A stretch of DNA of 64,000 bases from Hypanus sabinus (Eukaryota): NCBI RefSeq assembly GCF_030144855.1, contig NC_082721.1:43834001-43898000 (forward strand), written 5' to 3'. Both the position numbers and the translations under genes were made by a program. Every line of letters starts with the position of its first letter. Position 1 is the stretch's first letter. The notes beneath the pieces were generated by a model, which did no database searches, was not told the origin of the DNA, and was given only the letters and a program-made list of their open reading frames with translations. Below are positions 51,918 through 64,000 of this stretch, one piece after another.

Positions 51918-51927
51918 ATGCAAATCA
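51918..51927 (-). promoter_or_regulatory. Ig promoter octamer/decamer (TGATTTGCAT)
   Basis: Perfect ATTTGCAT in light-chain orientation ~28 bp upstream of the TATA box. Matches the TNATTTGCAT decamer. Confidence 0.88.
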
Positions 51928-52454
51928 GGTCGACTCACACTGACGAACCAGAGCAACACACACAAAATTCCCGAGGAACACAGCATCCCAGGCAGGATCT
52001 AGGAAAAGAGTACCATATTTTTGTGTACTTTTTAAAGTTTATCTCACTAAATATCACAATCATAATTGTGAATGTTTGCACAGTCTCTTCCATGGATTTG
52101 AAATAAAAAAAAATCTTTCTCCCTTATTTTCTTGATTCAGTTCTTGCCACTTCCCATCCCTCACAATCCAGGTACAACGGAGCAGACAGTACAGACTTCC
52201 TGTTTCCACACAAATCATTCAGATGTTGGGTTCAAATCCACCCTGACTGTTAGAGGGGTTGAAAGTCTGAAAGTGGGGATGAAATCTGTTCTGAGTAACA
52301 GTAAGGTGAAGAAAGCTTTAGTGTACATTGGTACAAGCAGACAGTGGGAACAACTTCATGATGGATTCTCCGGTATTACTACACACACACAGTGACCTTA
52401 TATACAGGCAGAGTTATTAACCCTTTGGGAAAGGGAGCCTCTCATCATAGACAC

Positions 52455-52720
52455 TATTGTAGCGTCGTGGTTCGCGCGACTTAATTACAGATTGGGGCGA
52501 ACTTGTGTAAAATGTTTCATTCTGGCACTGGCTGTAAGGAGTTTCTGCGTTCTCTTCGTGAGTGCGCACATTTCCTTCGGGTGCTCCGGTTTTCTCCCAC
52601 ATTCCAAATACGCTCAGGTTAATAGGTAAACTGGTCATTGGAAATGTTCCATTATTAGGCTGGTGCTAAATAGGTTGTTTGGGCCGGAAGTACCTGTTCC
52701 TTTGTCTCTCCAAATAATTA
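52455..52720 (+). mobile_element. tRNA-derived V-SINE (HE1-like)
   Basis: A-box-like gtagcgtcgtgg at 52459 and the conserved V-domain core gggtgctccggttttctcccacattccaaa at 52579-52608. Confidence 0.8.
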
Positions 52721-53799
52721 AACAAACAATTCATTGCACGTCCACATCAGTCTCCGATCCCACATCATACACTTGGCTGATGGGTCCCATTGAGTTTCCA
52801 TGCGCACGTGTGATCAACAAATATCCAAGGGAATCAACAACATTTTTGTGTGGGTGGAGTTGGGGAGGGGGGATTCACACAACAGGTCATTGCAGAGTAA
52901 TTTTGTTTTGAGTGTCGTCTTCACCTGTTCCTTGAGATAGTCTGATAAAAGGGACAGGAGGTGTTGGCAGCTGGAGCAGCTGGGTCTCTAGTGTTTAGTG
53001 TTCGAGCAACAATTGTCCTTCCCCAAGGCTGAATATTTTGTGTGAATCAGGTTGCTGGAGGTGCTCATCCTGCGGATAAAGTGAATGAACATAGTGGGAG
53101 AGAGGATGATCACCATACAGCCAAACGAGCAGACAGATTGGCGAGGATTCCCCTAAGGACACACTGCTACCTCACTGTATGATATTCAGGGTACTGATTG
53201 GGAGTTTTCACCTGGGCTAGAGGATGAAGATATGGTCTATCGTTTCCGTCTTGCAAGTGGGTTCATTGTGCAGGGAGAGAGTAGAATGATCTGCAGAGGA
53301 ACAAGAGAAGATTCTTAAAGTTAGTGATCACTTGAGCTTCCTGTGGCACAGACATGATTCAGTGCAGGTATGTTGTCTCTAAGGTGTCCTGGTCTCTAAT
53401 CCCTGTTCAGTGATTTCACAAGAAAATCCTGGATGGAGAGAATGAATGGGTACCAATTTCTTCAAACATTTCCAAGATGTTTGGACTTGTGGTGTAATGG
53501 GCCAGGTTAAATTGTAAATTGGCCCAGGTTTGCAGATGAGTGTCAGGATTTGAAGGGAATGTGAGGGAAATGGAATGGGATTGGTACAGGGCTGGTGTAA
53601 ATCGGTGTTTGATAGAAAGCACAGACACAGTATGGTGAAGAGCCTCTTTCCATGTTTCATGACAGAAAGCAGTCAGAAATGAGTCCAGTCGGAAGCATAC
53701 CAGAGTGCCGGAACAGTTAGTGGAGAGCGTGTGGAGGCAGATATTGGTGAAACCTCAGACAAAGTTTGGAATCAATATGTTGAGCATGGTGCAACGAAT

Positions 53800-56096
53800 C
53801 TCCCGAGGTGTGTATATTTTTATGCTAAAATTTTCATAGGAAAGATGGAGAATCGTGCTGGAGATGAGGTAACAGGTTTACAGATACAGGCCATGTGTAC
53901 TGAGGAGAGGATGTTGATGGGGCAAAATTGCCATCAAGAGAAAGATTTGCAACAAAAAAGGCCGACAGAATTGAAAAGAGTGAATACAGGACTGAAGATG
54001 TTGTATCTGAATGCAGAATAAGGTAGGTAAACTTGCAGTACAGTTGCAGCTGGGCAGGGATGATGTTGAATGCATCACTGAATTATGTTTGAAAAAAGAT
54101 CACAGCTGGGAGCTTAATGACCACATTGTATCACATTGTATTAAAAGGAAAGGCTGGAAGGCAAAGGAGGTGGTGTTGATCTATTGGCTAAAATATGAAA
54201 TCAAATCATCAGGAAGAGGTGACACGGGGTCAGAATCATTCTGGATACAGCTAAGGAACTGTAAGAGTTAAAGGACTCTGATGGGAATTGTGTACAGAAC
54301 CCCAAATAGTAACAAGGTAGCTTACAAATGAAATGGGAGATAGAAAATGCATGCAACAAAGAAATGTAACAATATTCATTGGGAATTTCAATATGCAGGT
54401 ATATTGGGAAAACTATGTGGGTGCTGGATTCTGGAAGGAGGAATTTCCAGAATGCCTACAAGATGGCTCTTTAGAGCAGTTCGTGGTTAAACGCACTATA
54501 GTATCAGTTATTCTACATTGGGTGTTGTGCAGTGAACAAGAATTTATTAGACAGCTTTAAGGTAAAACAACCCTGAAGGGAAAGTGATCATAATATTATC
54601 AAATTCACCTTGCAATTTGAGAAGGAGAACCTAATGTCAGATGTACCAGTACTACTGTGGAATAAAATAAATTACAGAGGAATGAGAGAGAAGCAGACCA
54701 GAATTCAATAAAAAAGAATAATGGCAGGGATGATGGCAGAGTGGCAACGGCTGTAATTTCTGAAAGCAATTTCAGAAGCATAGGAATTGTACATCCCAAA
54801 GAGGAAGATTTATTTGAAATGAGAAATGAAGCAACTGAGGCCAACAAGAGAGGTCACAGCTGATATAAAAGGTAAAGAGTGGGTATAAAATTGAGCAAAA
54901 GTTAGTGGGATGTTAGATACTTGGGAAGCTTTTAAAAATCAACAGAAGGCAACCAAAAATGTCCTGAAGGTAAAGATAAAATATGAGATTAAGCTAGCCA
55001 ATAATGTTAAAGAGGATACCAAATGTTTCCTCTGATACCTGAAGTGCAAAATAGAAGTAACTGTGGACATCAGACCTCTTGCAGATCCTACAGTGGACAG
55101 TACTAGAGAGGTGGCAATGGGTGTTTCAGAAGGGTCTCTGCTGGGTCTGATTGATCTTACAATATAAGTCAATGATTTGGTTGATGGAATTGATGGTGTT
55201 GTTGCAGTTTGCATACAGTATGAAGACAGGTGCAGTGGCATGTAGATTTAAGCAGGTACAGAAGCTAGAGAAGGAGTTAGACTGATTCAGAGAATGGGTA
55301 AATAAATAGCAGTTGGAATAAAGCATTAGGAACTGGATGGTCCTGCACTTTGGTAGAAGAAATGAAAGAGATGACTATTTTCTAAATGGAGAGAAAATAC
55401 AAAGAAACTGAGGTGCAAAGGGACTTGGGAGACATTGAGCAAGATGCCCTGAAGGTTAATTTGCAGGTTGCAACTTTGGTGAGGAAGTCAAATTAATGTT
55501 AGCATTAATTTCAAAAGGACTACAATCTAAAAGCAGGGAGGTAAATTTGATAATTTATAAAGCACAGGTGAGGCCTCATTTAGCATATTGTGAGCAGATT
55601 GTCACCTCCAATCTCAGGAATGATGTGTTGAAACTGGAGAAGGTTCAAAGGAGGTTCACAAAAATTATATCAGGTCATATACAGATTATTTGCTGATTCA
55701 GGGTCTGCATTCACTGGCATTCAGAAGAATGAGGGGTGACCTTATTGAAATCTATTGAATAGTGAAAGGCCTTGATAGTGTATGTGAGAGTCAAAGACAA
55801 GAGGACAGCCTCAGATTAGAAGAGTCTCCTTTTGGCATGAAGATGAGAAGGAATTTCATTATCCAGAGATTGGTGAATCTGTAGTATTCTTTGCCATAGG
55901 TAGCTGTGGAAGAAAAGTCGTTATGTATATTTAAGGCACAGGTTGGTTGAAACTTAATTAGTGAGGGCATGAAGGATATGGAGAGAAGGCAGGAGATTGG
56001 TCTGAGAGTAAAATGGGATTAGCCACGATGAAATGGTGGAGTGGATTTAATAGGTCAAATGGCCTAATTTTTCTTCTATATTTTATGTTCTTATGG
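53800..56096 (+). mobile_element. Old, internally deleted CR1 LINE
   Basis: LKMLYLNA at the APE start, IGNFNMQVYW, and LALISKGLQSKSREV...YKAQVRPHLAYC...LEKVQRRFTK. Tail ttttatgttcttatgg. Confidence 0.85.
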
Positions 56097-56639
56097 AATT
56101 GAAGTAAAGTGTAGGAAGCATGTAATCAGTGGTGGTGATCCCAGGATTACTTCCTTTGCTTTACTCAATGGGTTTCAAAAATGCAGGATAAAGGAGACAA
56201 CTAATGGTTTGAATGAATAGAGTAGGAGGGAGACTGTAGACACATGGCTGATTGAGTGCAGATCATGGGGAAGTGCAGTCAGCCCAGGCCAGACTGAAGA
56301 ACCAGAGTTGGGTCCTGTGTCCTCATAGAAATTTTCCAGAGAAGTTAAGAAAGAGACACAGTGTAAGGAAGTGAAAACAAAACCAGTATAAGGGAGGATA
56401 AAAGTTGCACCAAAAAAAAACTCAGGAGAGCAAAAATAACATTTCTGCAAAAGGCAGATTATGGAAAAATACAAAAAAACTCCATAATACATGGATAGTG
56501 CACCTATATTTTAGAATCTTATCCAACAAAGTTGTTGAGGTATACAGGTTATACATTTCCAAACATTTAAACTTAACTTTTTAGGTGTTTGAGTTGAGAA
56601 AAGTGTTCTCAAAAGACACAACTGAGAAAGAGCAAGAAT

Positions 56640-57965
56640 CATGATGGGAAGAGAATTTCAGAGATCACCTCTAAAAGAGGTGACATAAAAGAGACATAAA
56701 AGAGGCAACAGTGGGCCTGGACATCAATACAGATCCACACAAGAAAGAAGAGATTGTTGCGGCAATAGAACCAATAAAGAAGAGCAAAGCTACAGGACAT
56801 CACAATTTGAAATCCGAACCATTGAAACAGAATCAAAAGTTGCAGCAGCCATCCTACAACCAATCTTTGGTATAATCTAGACTTGGGGACAAGAACCCAA
56901 GAAATGGACAAAAGGAGTGTTGTTATGATCCCCGAGAAAGGAACGCTAAATAATTGCAACAACTGGCATGGCACCACACGTTGGTTAGTGCCCAGCATAA
57001 TGCTCACCAAAATCATTGTCCAATGGATTACACATGCTATCAATGTGTGTCTGAGGAAGGAGCAAGCTAGCTTCAGGAAGAACAGTGGCTGTGTCAACCA
57101 GATCTTCAGGCTACTTATCATCATAGAGGATCGGCAGGAACAAATGTATATGGATTTTGTGACTTTGAAAGGCTTTTGATAGCATCTGCAGGTAGAGACT
57201 CTGGCTAATTTTCAGATCATACAGGATCCCTTACAAAGTTATCCAGTTTATCCATAAGTTCTATGCTAATTTCACAAACACACTTTGGGACTGCAATTTA
57301 GCTTTTAAGGCAAGACAGGCAAAGCTGTATGATGTTGGGGATATTGTTTATCCTGGTGATCGACTGGGTTATGATGCAAACAATGAAAGATAAGCAGAGT
57401 GGCATCAGGTGGTCCCTATTCTCTACTTTAGAAACCTTGGTTTTGCTGATAACCTCACATTACTATCACATACACACCAGAAATTGCAAGAGAAAACTCA
57501 GACCACTGTGTACCTTTGGTGAAAAGGTTAGACTTAGAGTCAGCCAGAGAAAGTCTGAGTGCATGTCCCTCAATGTAGAGTCTCTTCCTCATATCAAGGC
57601 ATCTGGTCTCTGCATGATCTTCCATATTTTCTGGTCAAGAACATTCTCCAACCACACCCTATTCCTTCAGTGTAATCAGGAGGGCATGGCCACCATCTTC
57701 ATGAGGAAAGTGGAGATGAATTGGACATGTGATGAGAGGAGAGGCCAGCTCCATAATCAAGACAGACCTTCATTGGATCCCTAAAGGGTGGAGGAATCCA
57801 AGAGACTATAAACAACATGATGGTTTACCATAGAGGCAGAAAGGAGGACCCCAAACCACACCTGGGACACAATAGAGAATACGGTCAAGGATACACAGAG
57901 ACTGAAGACCTTCATTGCTGCCCTGAGCACAAGCAACATAACAGGCTATATGTAAGGAAGTAAGT
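56640..57965 (+). mobile_element. Decayed RTE-clade (RTE-X/Expander-like) LINE
   Basis: NCNNWHG, LRKEQASFRKNSGCVNQIF and LFILVIDWVM...GIRWSLFSTLE. Ends with a FIAAL-like motif and a (TAAG)n-like tail. Confidence 0.8.
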
Positions 57966-57969
57966 TAAT

Positions 57970-58590
57970 GAAATCAGTCTTCATTTGCAAGGAAATGACA
58001 TGAATCTTATCAAAGTGAAATCAGTCGCCTTCACATTTTTCTCCATTAATCTAATTTAAGTGCAACATAGACCATCATGAACTTCTCCAATTTCCAAGCC
58101 TCTCTGCGTGGAAGAGAAAGAAAGAATGCCAGATGATGAACTTCAAGTATACTGTGCCCACCTGGGTGAGCTACATGAAGACATATCACAGAGATTTCAG
58201 TCTATTCTCCACATCCCAGTTCCCATTTGGATATATTGCCCACTCCTGAACATTAGCAATTAATAGGAATGATGAAGGAAGAATTGATCTCACTATAAAA
58301 TTTTGAACTGAAGCTGAGGTTCATAGCAAGACTGTTGGCTGAAGAAAAAAAAAATCACTGAATGTGATCCTGCACAGTTGAAAAAGGTCAAGATTTTCTT
58401 TATTACATTTACAACATCATATCGAGCAACGTGCAGTTTCAATGCAGTCACCCAATGTCTTTCAAAGCAATGAAACAGACTGCAAATGACTGAACATGTG
58501 GTTCTGAGTCAGCTTGTGAGTGACATTGAGCCTGATGTTGAGAAACTGGTAATCACTGCTCTGCCCATCCATCCCACTGAAAGGTGAAAA
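57970..58590 (+). mobile_element. hAT transposase C-terminal remnant
   Basis: DNA encodes LHLQGNDMNLIKVKS, HLGELHEDISQRFQ, and a late DIEPDVEKL...HPSH-like terminus. Confidence 0.7.
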
Positions 58591-58681
58591 AACTCTGAAG
58601 TACGGAATAGTTGCACTGTTAATGTCTCTCTGAACTTATTGATGAAATTGTTTTTACTCTAATTACTGAAAATTAAAAAAA

Positions 58682-59483
58682 TACAATGGGTCCCAATTTA
58701 TTTGGATGCATCAGGAACAGTACATAATGGCCCAATTAAACGGCTACCCCGACTTCCGGTTGTTCCATGGAAATAATTAAAAAGATATAAAAATTCAAAT
58801 ACAGTTTATCTGTCTACCAGGTAATGTATTTAAATGAAATGCAGAACAAATCTGAAGACTGCTTTAGCTGTATTAAACTGCTTATTAGTTTCTGTTAGTT
58901 ATTGATGGAGGAAATAACCCAGTGTATGCTGCCATGTTCTTTTGATTGACTATAAATGAGCAAAATCAGCACAGACACCTAATACAGATAACGGACTGCC
59001 TGCATACAATGCTTTAATGATTGCATCCTCCAAATTTTCATTTTCACTATAACATTCAAGATATCTGTTTATACCTTCACATTATTTGTAGGTCCTAACT
59101 TGTTGAAGTAGGGACATTGTTTCTTTGTCAATCCTGGCTGTATTTGTCACCTCCAAGCCAAGTAATCAAAACAGTAATGGATTGCTTTACTGCTTACTGT
59201 TCACTGACTATCAGTGACAAAAATCATTATATTTTGAGCACAAACACAGGCAAGTGAAGCTACTTAAAAACTGTTCACTTTCAGCACAATTTAATGCTTA
59301 ATGCCCACAAGACATGCAGGTGATTGATGCTAGTTTAAAATGGTTCAACACAGTGTCCTGTCCCAATTAAGTTAAAAGTATCCCAACTAAACAAATGGTA
59401 CCTAGGCTATTTTTAAATTCAGTTTATGTTCTCTAAAAGTAATCCCAAATAAGCAGATGCCCTAATTAACTGGAATCCATGTA
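58682..59483. mobile_element. pogo/Tigger-like MITE
   Basis: Degenerate TIRs tacaatgggtcccaatttatttgg and ccctaattaactggaatccatgta, with TA at both ends. Confidence 0.6.
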
Positions 59484-59689
59484 GCTTTAAATAGATTTTG
59501 TTTTAAACGTGGATAAGGGGGACTGAACTCTTAACCAACAGAGGTGTACATAGTTATTAGTATGATAGATGGACTGATACTCAGATTACTTTTCCAACTG
59601 AATGAGAGCCTACAAAGAGAAGAGATTAGAATTAGGTAAGAGGTAAGATACTGAGAGAGTATCTGAGCAAGGATTAGATTCACTCAGAG

Positions 59690-60445
59690 AGTGAAATTCC
59701 ACACAGCAATTGCATGGGCTGATAAATGGCAAGTAATATTCACATCGTGGATCTGCTGGACTGGGATCGTATCCAACAAATGTGTGTCTGACATCCTACC
59801 CTTGGTATTTACTGCTATCAACATCTCTGAACCAACTACACCCTATGTATTGGGGATCACCATTGATTATCAATTCAAAAAGATCAGCTATATAAATATT
59901 GCTGTTATAAGAGCAAATCAAAGACTGATTCACTGGCTTTAACAAAGCCTTTTCACCATTTCTGAGGTCTAAGAGAAGAGCAGGATGCAATATTCTCCTC
60001 TTGTGGAGATGAGTATGGTTCTAACAACATTCCAAAATCTCAACACTGTACAAAATAAGGGAGATCAATTGATTGGCACTCGACTTGTCACCAGAAACAT
60101 CTATTCACTCCTGCACTGTTGTACAATGGATGCAGAGTGATCCATTTACAAAATGTCCTGTTGTTACTTTCCTAGGTTACTCCAACATCATTTGCCAAAT
60201 TTGTGAGCTCTGCTACCAAGATAACAAGAGCAGAATGTGCCCGAGAGCACCAGCACATGCAGGTTCACTTCCAAGTCACCCACCATCCTGACACGAAAAT
60301 ATACTGATGGACCTTCATTGTCACTGGTCTCCCCATCCAACACCACCATGGGAGTACCTTCAGTAGCAGTACAACAGAAGTTCAAGAAGGCAACTTATCA
60401 CTACTTTCTCAAGGACAGTTCAGGCAATGAAGGGCTGATAGAGAA
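59690..60445 (+). mobile_element. Old L2/CR1-group LINE 3' remnant
   Basis: WADKWQVIF...LGITID...RANQRL and a 3' segment caagtcacccaccatcctgac...gttcaagaaggc. The same family occurs inverted at 61780-62290. Confidence 0.65.
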
Positions 60446-61309
60446 ATGAATGAATAACTGAACTGCGAGGAGCTCGAGATGTATGGATGTATAGGCAAGG
60501 TTGCTAATATTTAATAGTAGAAATTAAAATAACAGAATGACAAATAGATTAGAAAGGGAGAGGTTGTTTGCATCAGAAGAACTAGATGATATGATATGAC
60601 AGAGAACGGCAAAAGTGACATGAAGATAATCTTCCTCACACAGTGAGTGATAATAGAATGCATTGCCAGAGGTGGCAGAAAGATTCACTTGGAATGCTTC
60701 AAGGAGAACAAGATAATTGTCTATATTTGGAGGGTTATGGAAAGAGGGCAGAGGGATTGGATTTGCTGGAGTATTCTTACATCAAGCTGGTCTGAGCTCA
60801 ACAGGCCAAATGGCTTCATTTCCTCAGGTACTCATTCTGTGACCCTGAATTGTTTAGGTACCTCTAATGTCGACGTCGGATTCTGAGGGTGAACTCAAAC
60901 CTGGCAACTTCCTTCCAAGTGAAATCCTCCTTGATTTGAAGTAGTTAATAAGGTAGATAATTGTCTAATATTTCCCAGAATCTTCATTTGATTTAGTTCT
61001 GTATAATCACTGGGATTAAATGGGAGCTCCCAATTTCAGTGAACCACTCCTTTGTTACACTACAGTGGTATCAACACCCTTACCCTGTGACTCTGTCATT
61101 GTATTGAATCCTTTCAAACCCAAGTAGAATGACACACATGAGAAGTCCCATTTTCACCAGTGGAACAGCCGAAAAATACCCTCCATCAGTGTGCTATCTG
61201 CAAAATCTTTAAAACAGAAGCATAATGCAAAAAAACCAGTGAACATTTCAATTATACGTCATACAAAATTACTGTGTGTTTACTTCCAGTATTTCAGCTG
61301 TTAATTAAG

Positions 61310-61490
61310 CTACCTTATCAATCACCCCTGCTGTGGACACTTTCTGGAGGTCCAAGATCCATACGCTCCACGACAGCTGGACAAAGTGTGTAATTGTAGG
61401 AGCGGGCTATGTTGAAAAATAAATGTGCTAGGTTTTCTAAAATTTAATCCTTCTACTGTAGGCCACGTATTATCAATCACCCCTCATATA
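61310..61490. mobile_element. Mariner-type MITE, one arm
   Basis: gactatgttgaaaaataaa-like mariner end (ggctatgttgaaaaataaa) and TIR ttatcaatcacccctcata. Confidence 0.6.
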
Positions 61491-61779
61491 TACATACATT
61501 GATCACAAATGTACTTCGAAATGTTTATGCTTTTTTAATTGTCTGCTATTCGTTTTTAAAAGCTTCCAAATCTTTTAAGTTCAGACTAACTTTTGCAATC
61601 TTATTTGCCCTCACTTTTGTTTTTATGCCTCTACTGTGCTGAAGTGTTCCATTACCTATGTTCTATGTAAAAAATATTTACTTTTATGGTATAAACTTAG
61701 CAAATGAATTAAAAGGTGATTATGTTTATGTTCAAAACAAACAAGTAGGTTTGCTGATTATTTAAAATTATTTTCTGGG

Positions 61780-62290
61780 ATGTGGGCATCGCTGGTAGGT
61801 ACAGTATCAATTACTCATCCCTTCAGAGAGGGATAGTGAATTGTGGTCTTGCACTACTGTTGTCCTTCTGGGAAAGGTGCTCCCACAGTGATCTCAGGGA
61901 AGATGTTCCAGAAGTTAGGTGAAGGATCAGCAATACATTTTCAGGTCTAGATGGTTTGCCAGTTGAGGGGAGCCTGCAGGAGGTGCTGTTCCTCTAAATC
62001 TTCTACACTTGTACCAACCTTTTTTACAGTTAGCCAAGGAACCCTACCATGAACCAAGAGGCACATGGACTCCAGGTTTGGAACTCCAGCTTTAGTTTGG
62101 GAGGTGCAGGCAGGGGGGGAAATAAATAACTGAAGTGCATTTTGAAGATATTCCACACTGCAGCCATAGTAAGGTGGTTGTGAAGGGAATAATAGAGGAA
62201 TTATACCAAATGGTAGTAATCAAGAGGGTTGTTGTGGCAAGGATGATGTCAAACTCATTGAGAGTTGTCACAAATGAAGTGGAGAGTATT
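61780..62290 (-). mobile_element. Old L2/CR1-group LINE 3' remnant (inverted)
   Basis: gggatgtgggcatcgctgg...gaaaggtgctcccacagtg is reverse-complement-similar to the 3' part of 59690-60445. Confidence 0.5.
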
Positions 62291-63339
62291 CAGGTAAGTG
62301 GAGAGAATTCTTATATAAGTATATTTTTAATTAATTTGCCAAATTACATTGAACTGAAGTCCCAATCTACATCTCACCTTAATTTTCTGTTCCATTGATT
62401 TCAATGGAAAGGAAGCCAAGCTTTGGCAAAGTAGGTGAGTTGGAGGGGGCTGAATTCACTGTCACCCAGTTAAACCATAAGACTTATTTAACATTTCCTT
62501 CTCTCGGTATTCAGTGAAAATTCTGTGGGTGTGGTGGCTCAGAAAACTAAATATCACACAATTTGTCAGACAATTTGTGTATTGGCTGCCACAACAGAAG
62601 AATACATCAGATAATGTCCCTTTTAGCACTCAAGTGTCTCACAGATATTTGAAGTAAAATCAGGTAGAACAGAAACTATGATATTTGGGTAGTGTGGTAT
62701 AAAAAGCTGGTGTAATATTCTTGACTCAGCTATGGGCCGTCCCTCTCCTTAAAATAACACTTAATTTCCTCCTGGGGCAGCAGGTGTTTGTTATTTTCTC
62801 ACCCAGATGGCTGCAGATCAGAGCTGCACCAAATCTACTTTTTTTTAAATGATGAGGCAATATTTATATTTAAAATTAGATTATAAAAACGGTTTCCACC
62901 ATGTTAACATGGCTTATAATGGCCAATTCATTTGCACTGTATTAGATAACTCCCCGCTTCCATTCATTACATAGTCCCAGCTAATTTATAATACTGTATA
63001 CAGATTGATGCAGGACCATCTCACTGCATCCTTTCTCAACCAATAATCTTTCTGCATTAAGCAGAATTCAGTTGCCTTTCAGTGTCCATGTTTTATATGA
63101 GTTATCAAACAATCTTATAATAAATCATGTAAATGAATAGAAAATAAAGGTTGCAATTTTCTATTGTTCATTGATAGCAAGTCGGTGTATGATAGTCAGG
63201 TGGCATTAGTACATCAGTATTAATAGCAATGTCCATTTCTCTCTAAAATCATCATCACCATTAGGCACTGTGTCATATGATGTAGGTGATCATGGTCTTC
63301 CATCTGTATTTAATCTGATAAGTTCTTATTATCTCTGCC

Positions 63340-63630
63340 AGAAGCGCTCAAATCTACCTAATGAAATGCTTTGAGAGGTTGATCATGGCCAGAAACAATT
63401 CCTGCTTCAGCAAGGAACTGGACCCACTGCAATTTGGCTATCATCACAATAGGTCTGTGGCTGGTGCAAACTCAATGACTCTGCATGCAGTCTCACATCA
63501 CCTGGAAAATGCAAACACCTATGTCAGGCTGCTGTTCATTGACTATAGCTCAGTATTTAATACTACCATTCCAACTGCCCTCATCGAAAAGCTACAGAAC
63601 CTGGGACTACGTACCTCTCTCTACATTTGG
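63340..63630 (+). mobile_element. Rex1/Babar-type RT fragment
   Basis: MKCFERLI...LDPLQFGY..NRS...YVRLLFIDYSSVFNT. Confidence 0.85.
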
Positions 63631-64000
63631 ATGATGGAATTGATGGGTTTATCCCTAAGTTTGTGGACAATACAAAGACGGATAGATGGATGCAGGGGGG
63701 CTGCAGAAGTACGTAGACAGATTAGGAAAATGGACCAAGAAATGGCAGATGGAGTATAACGTCAGGAATTGTATGGTCATGCACTTTGGTAGAAGGAATA
63801 AAAGCACAGACTATATTCTAAACAGGGAGAAAATTCAGAAATCCAAGTTGCAAAGTGGCCTGGGAGTCATCGTGCAAGATTCCATAATGGTTAATTTGCA
63901 GGTTGAGACAGTGATGAGGATGACAAATGCAATGTCAGAATTCATTTCAAGAGGAATAAAGTAAGCAGTCAAGGATGTCATACTGAGGCTTCATGAGGCA
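63625..64000 (+). mobile_element. CR1 RT fragment running off the window
   Basis: DDGIDG..KFVDNTK-encoding DNA, then KWQMEYNVRNCMVMHFGRRN. Confidence 0.8.

Noticed and set aside
52388-52394. CACAGTG upstream of the promoter
   Set aside because: It ends an (AC)n run and has no nonamer.
61084-61197. Minus-strand exon-like segment with a good acceptor (ttttgcAG) and donor (G|GTAAGG)
   Set aside because: All three frames contain stops from the strong acceptor. The frame open from a weaker acceptor (HTDGGYFSAVPLVKMGLLMCVILLGFERIQYNDRVT) matches nothing I recognise. It needs RNA evidence.
1-64000. CRISPR arrays, rRNA/tRNA genes, prokaryotic operons, and most short ORFs in the track
   Set aside because: None seen. 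The only tRNA-like boxes belong to a SINE, and the short ORFs are TE fragments or antisense frames.

Overview
Eukaryotic, transposon-dense DNA, most likely from a cartilaginous fish and probably a ray (inferred from the Ig cluster type and the repeat families). The only host gene I can support is a complete immunoglobulin light-chain cluster on the minus strand (about 48.6-51.9 kb). It has an octamer plus TATA promoter, a leader exon (51806-51758), a single exon in which V and J are already fused in frame with no RSS (51651-51295), a 2.0 kb J-C intron, a C exon (49280-48958) and an AATAAA signal. It splices to an intact 242-aa chain whose V and C look like the sigma (teleost L2/Xenopus sigma-like) isotype. 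A germline-joined sigma-type gene is the most notable item. The rest is mostly decayed or nested mobile DNA: CR1 LINEs (including two ~97%-identical young copies), three L1s, RTE, Rex1, L2/CR1-like LINEs, Penelope elements with decayed hammerhead ribozymes, hAT, Tc1/mariner/pogo and piggyBac-like elements, two LTR-like inserts and a V-SINE. Boundaries of old repeats are approximate. All assignments come from motif recognition, not database searches.
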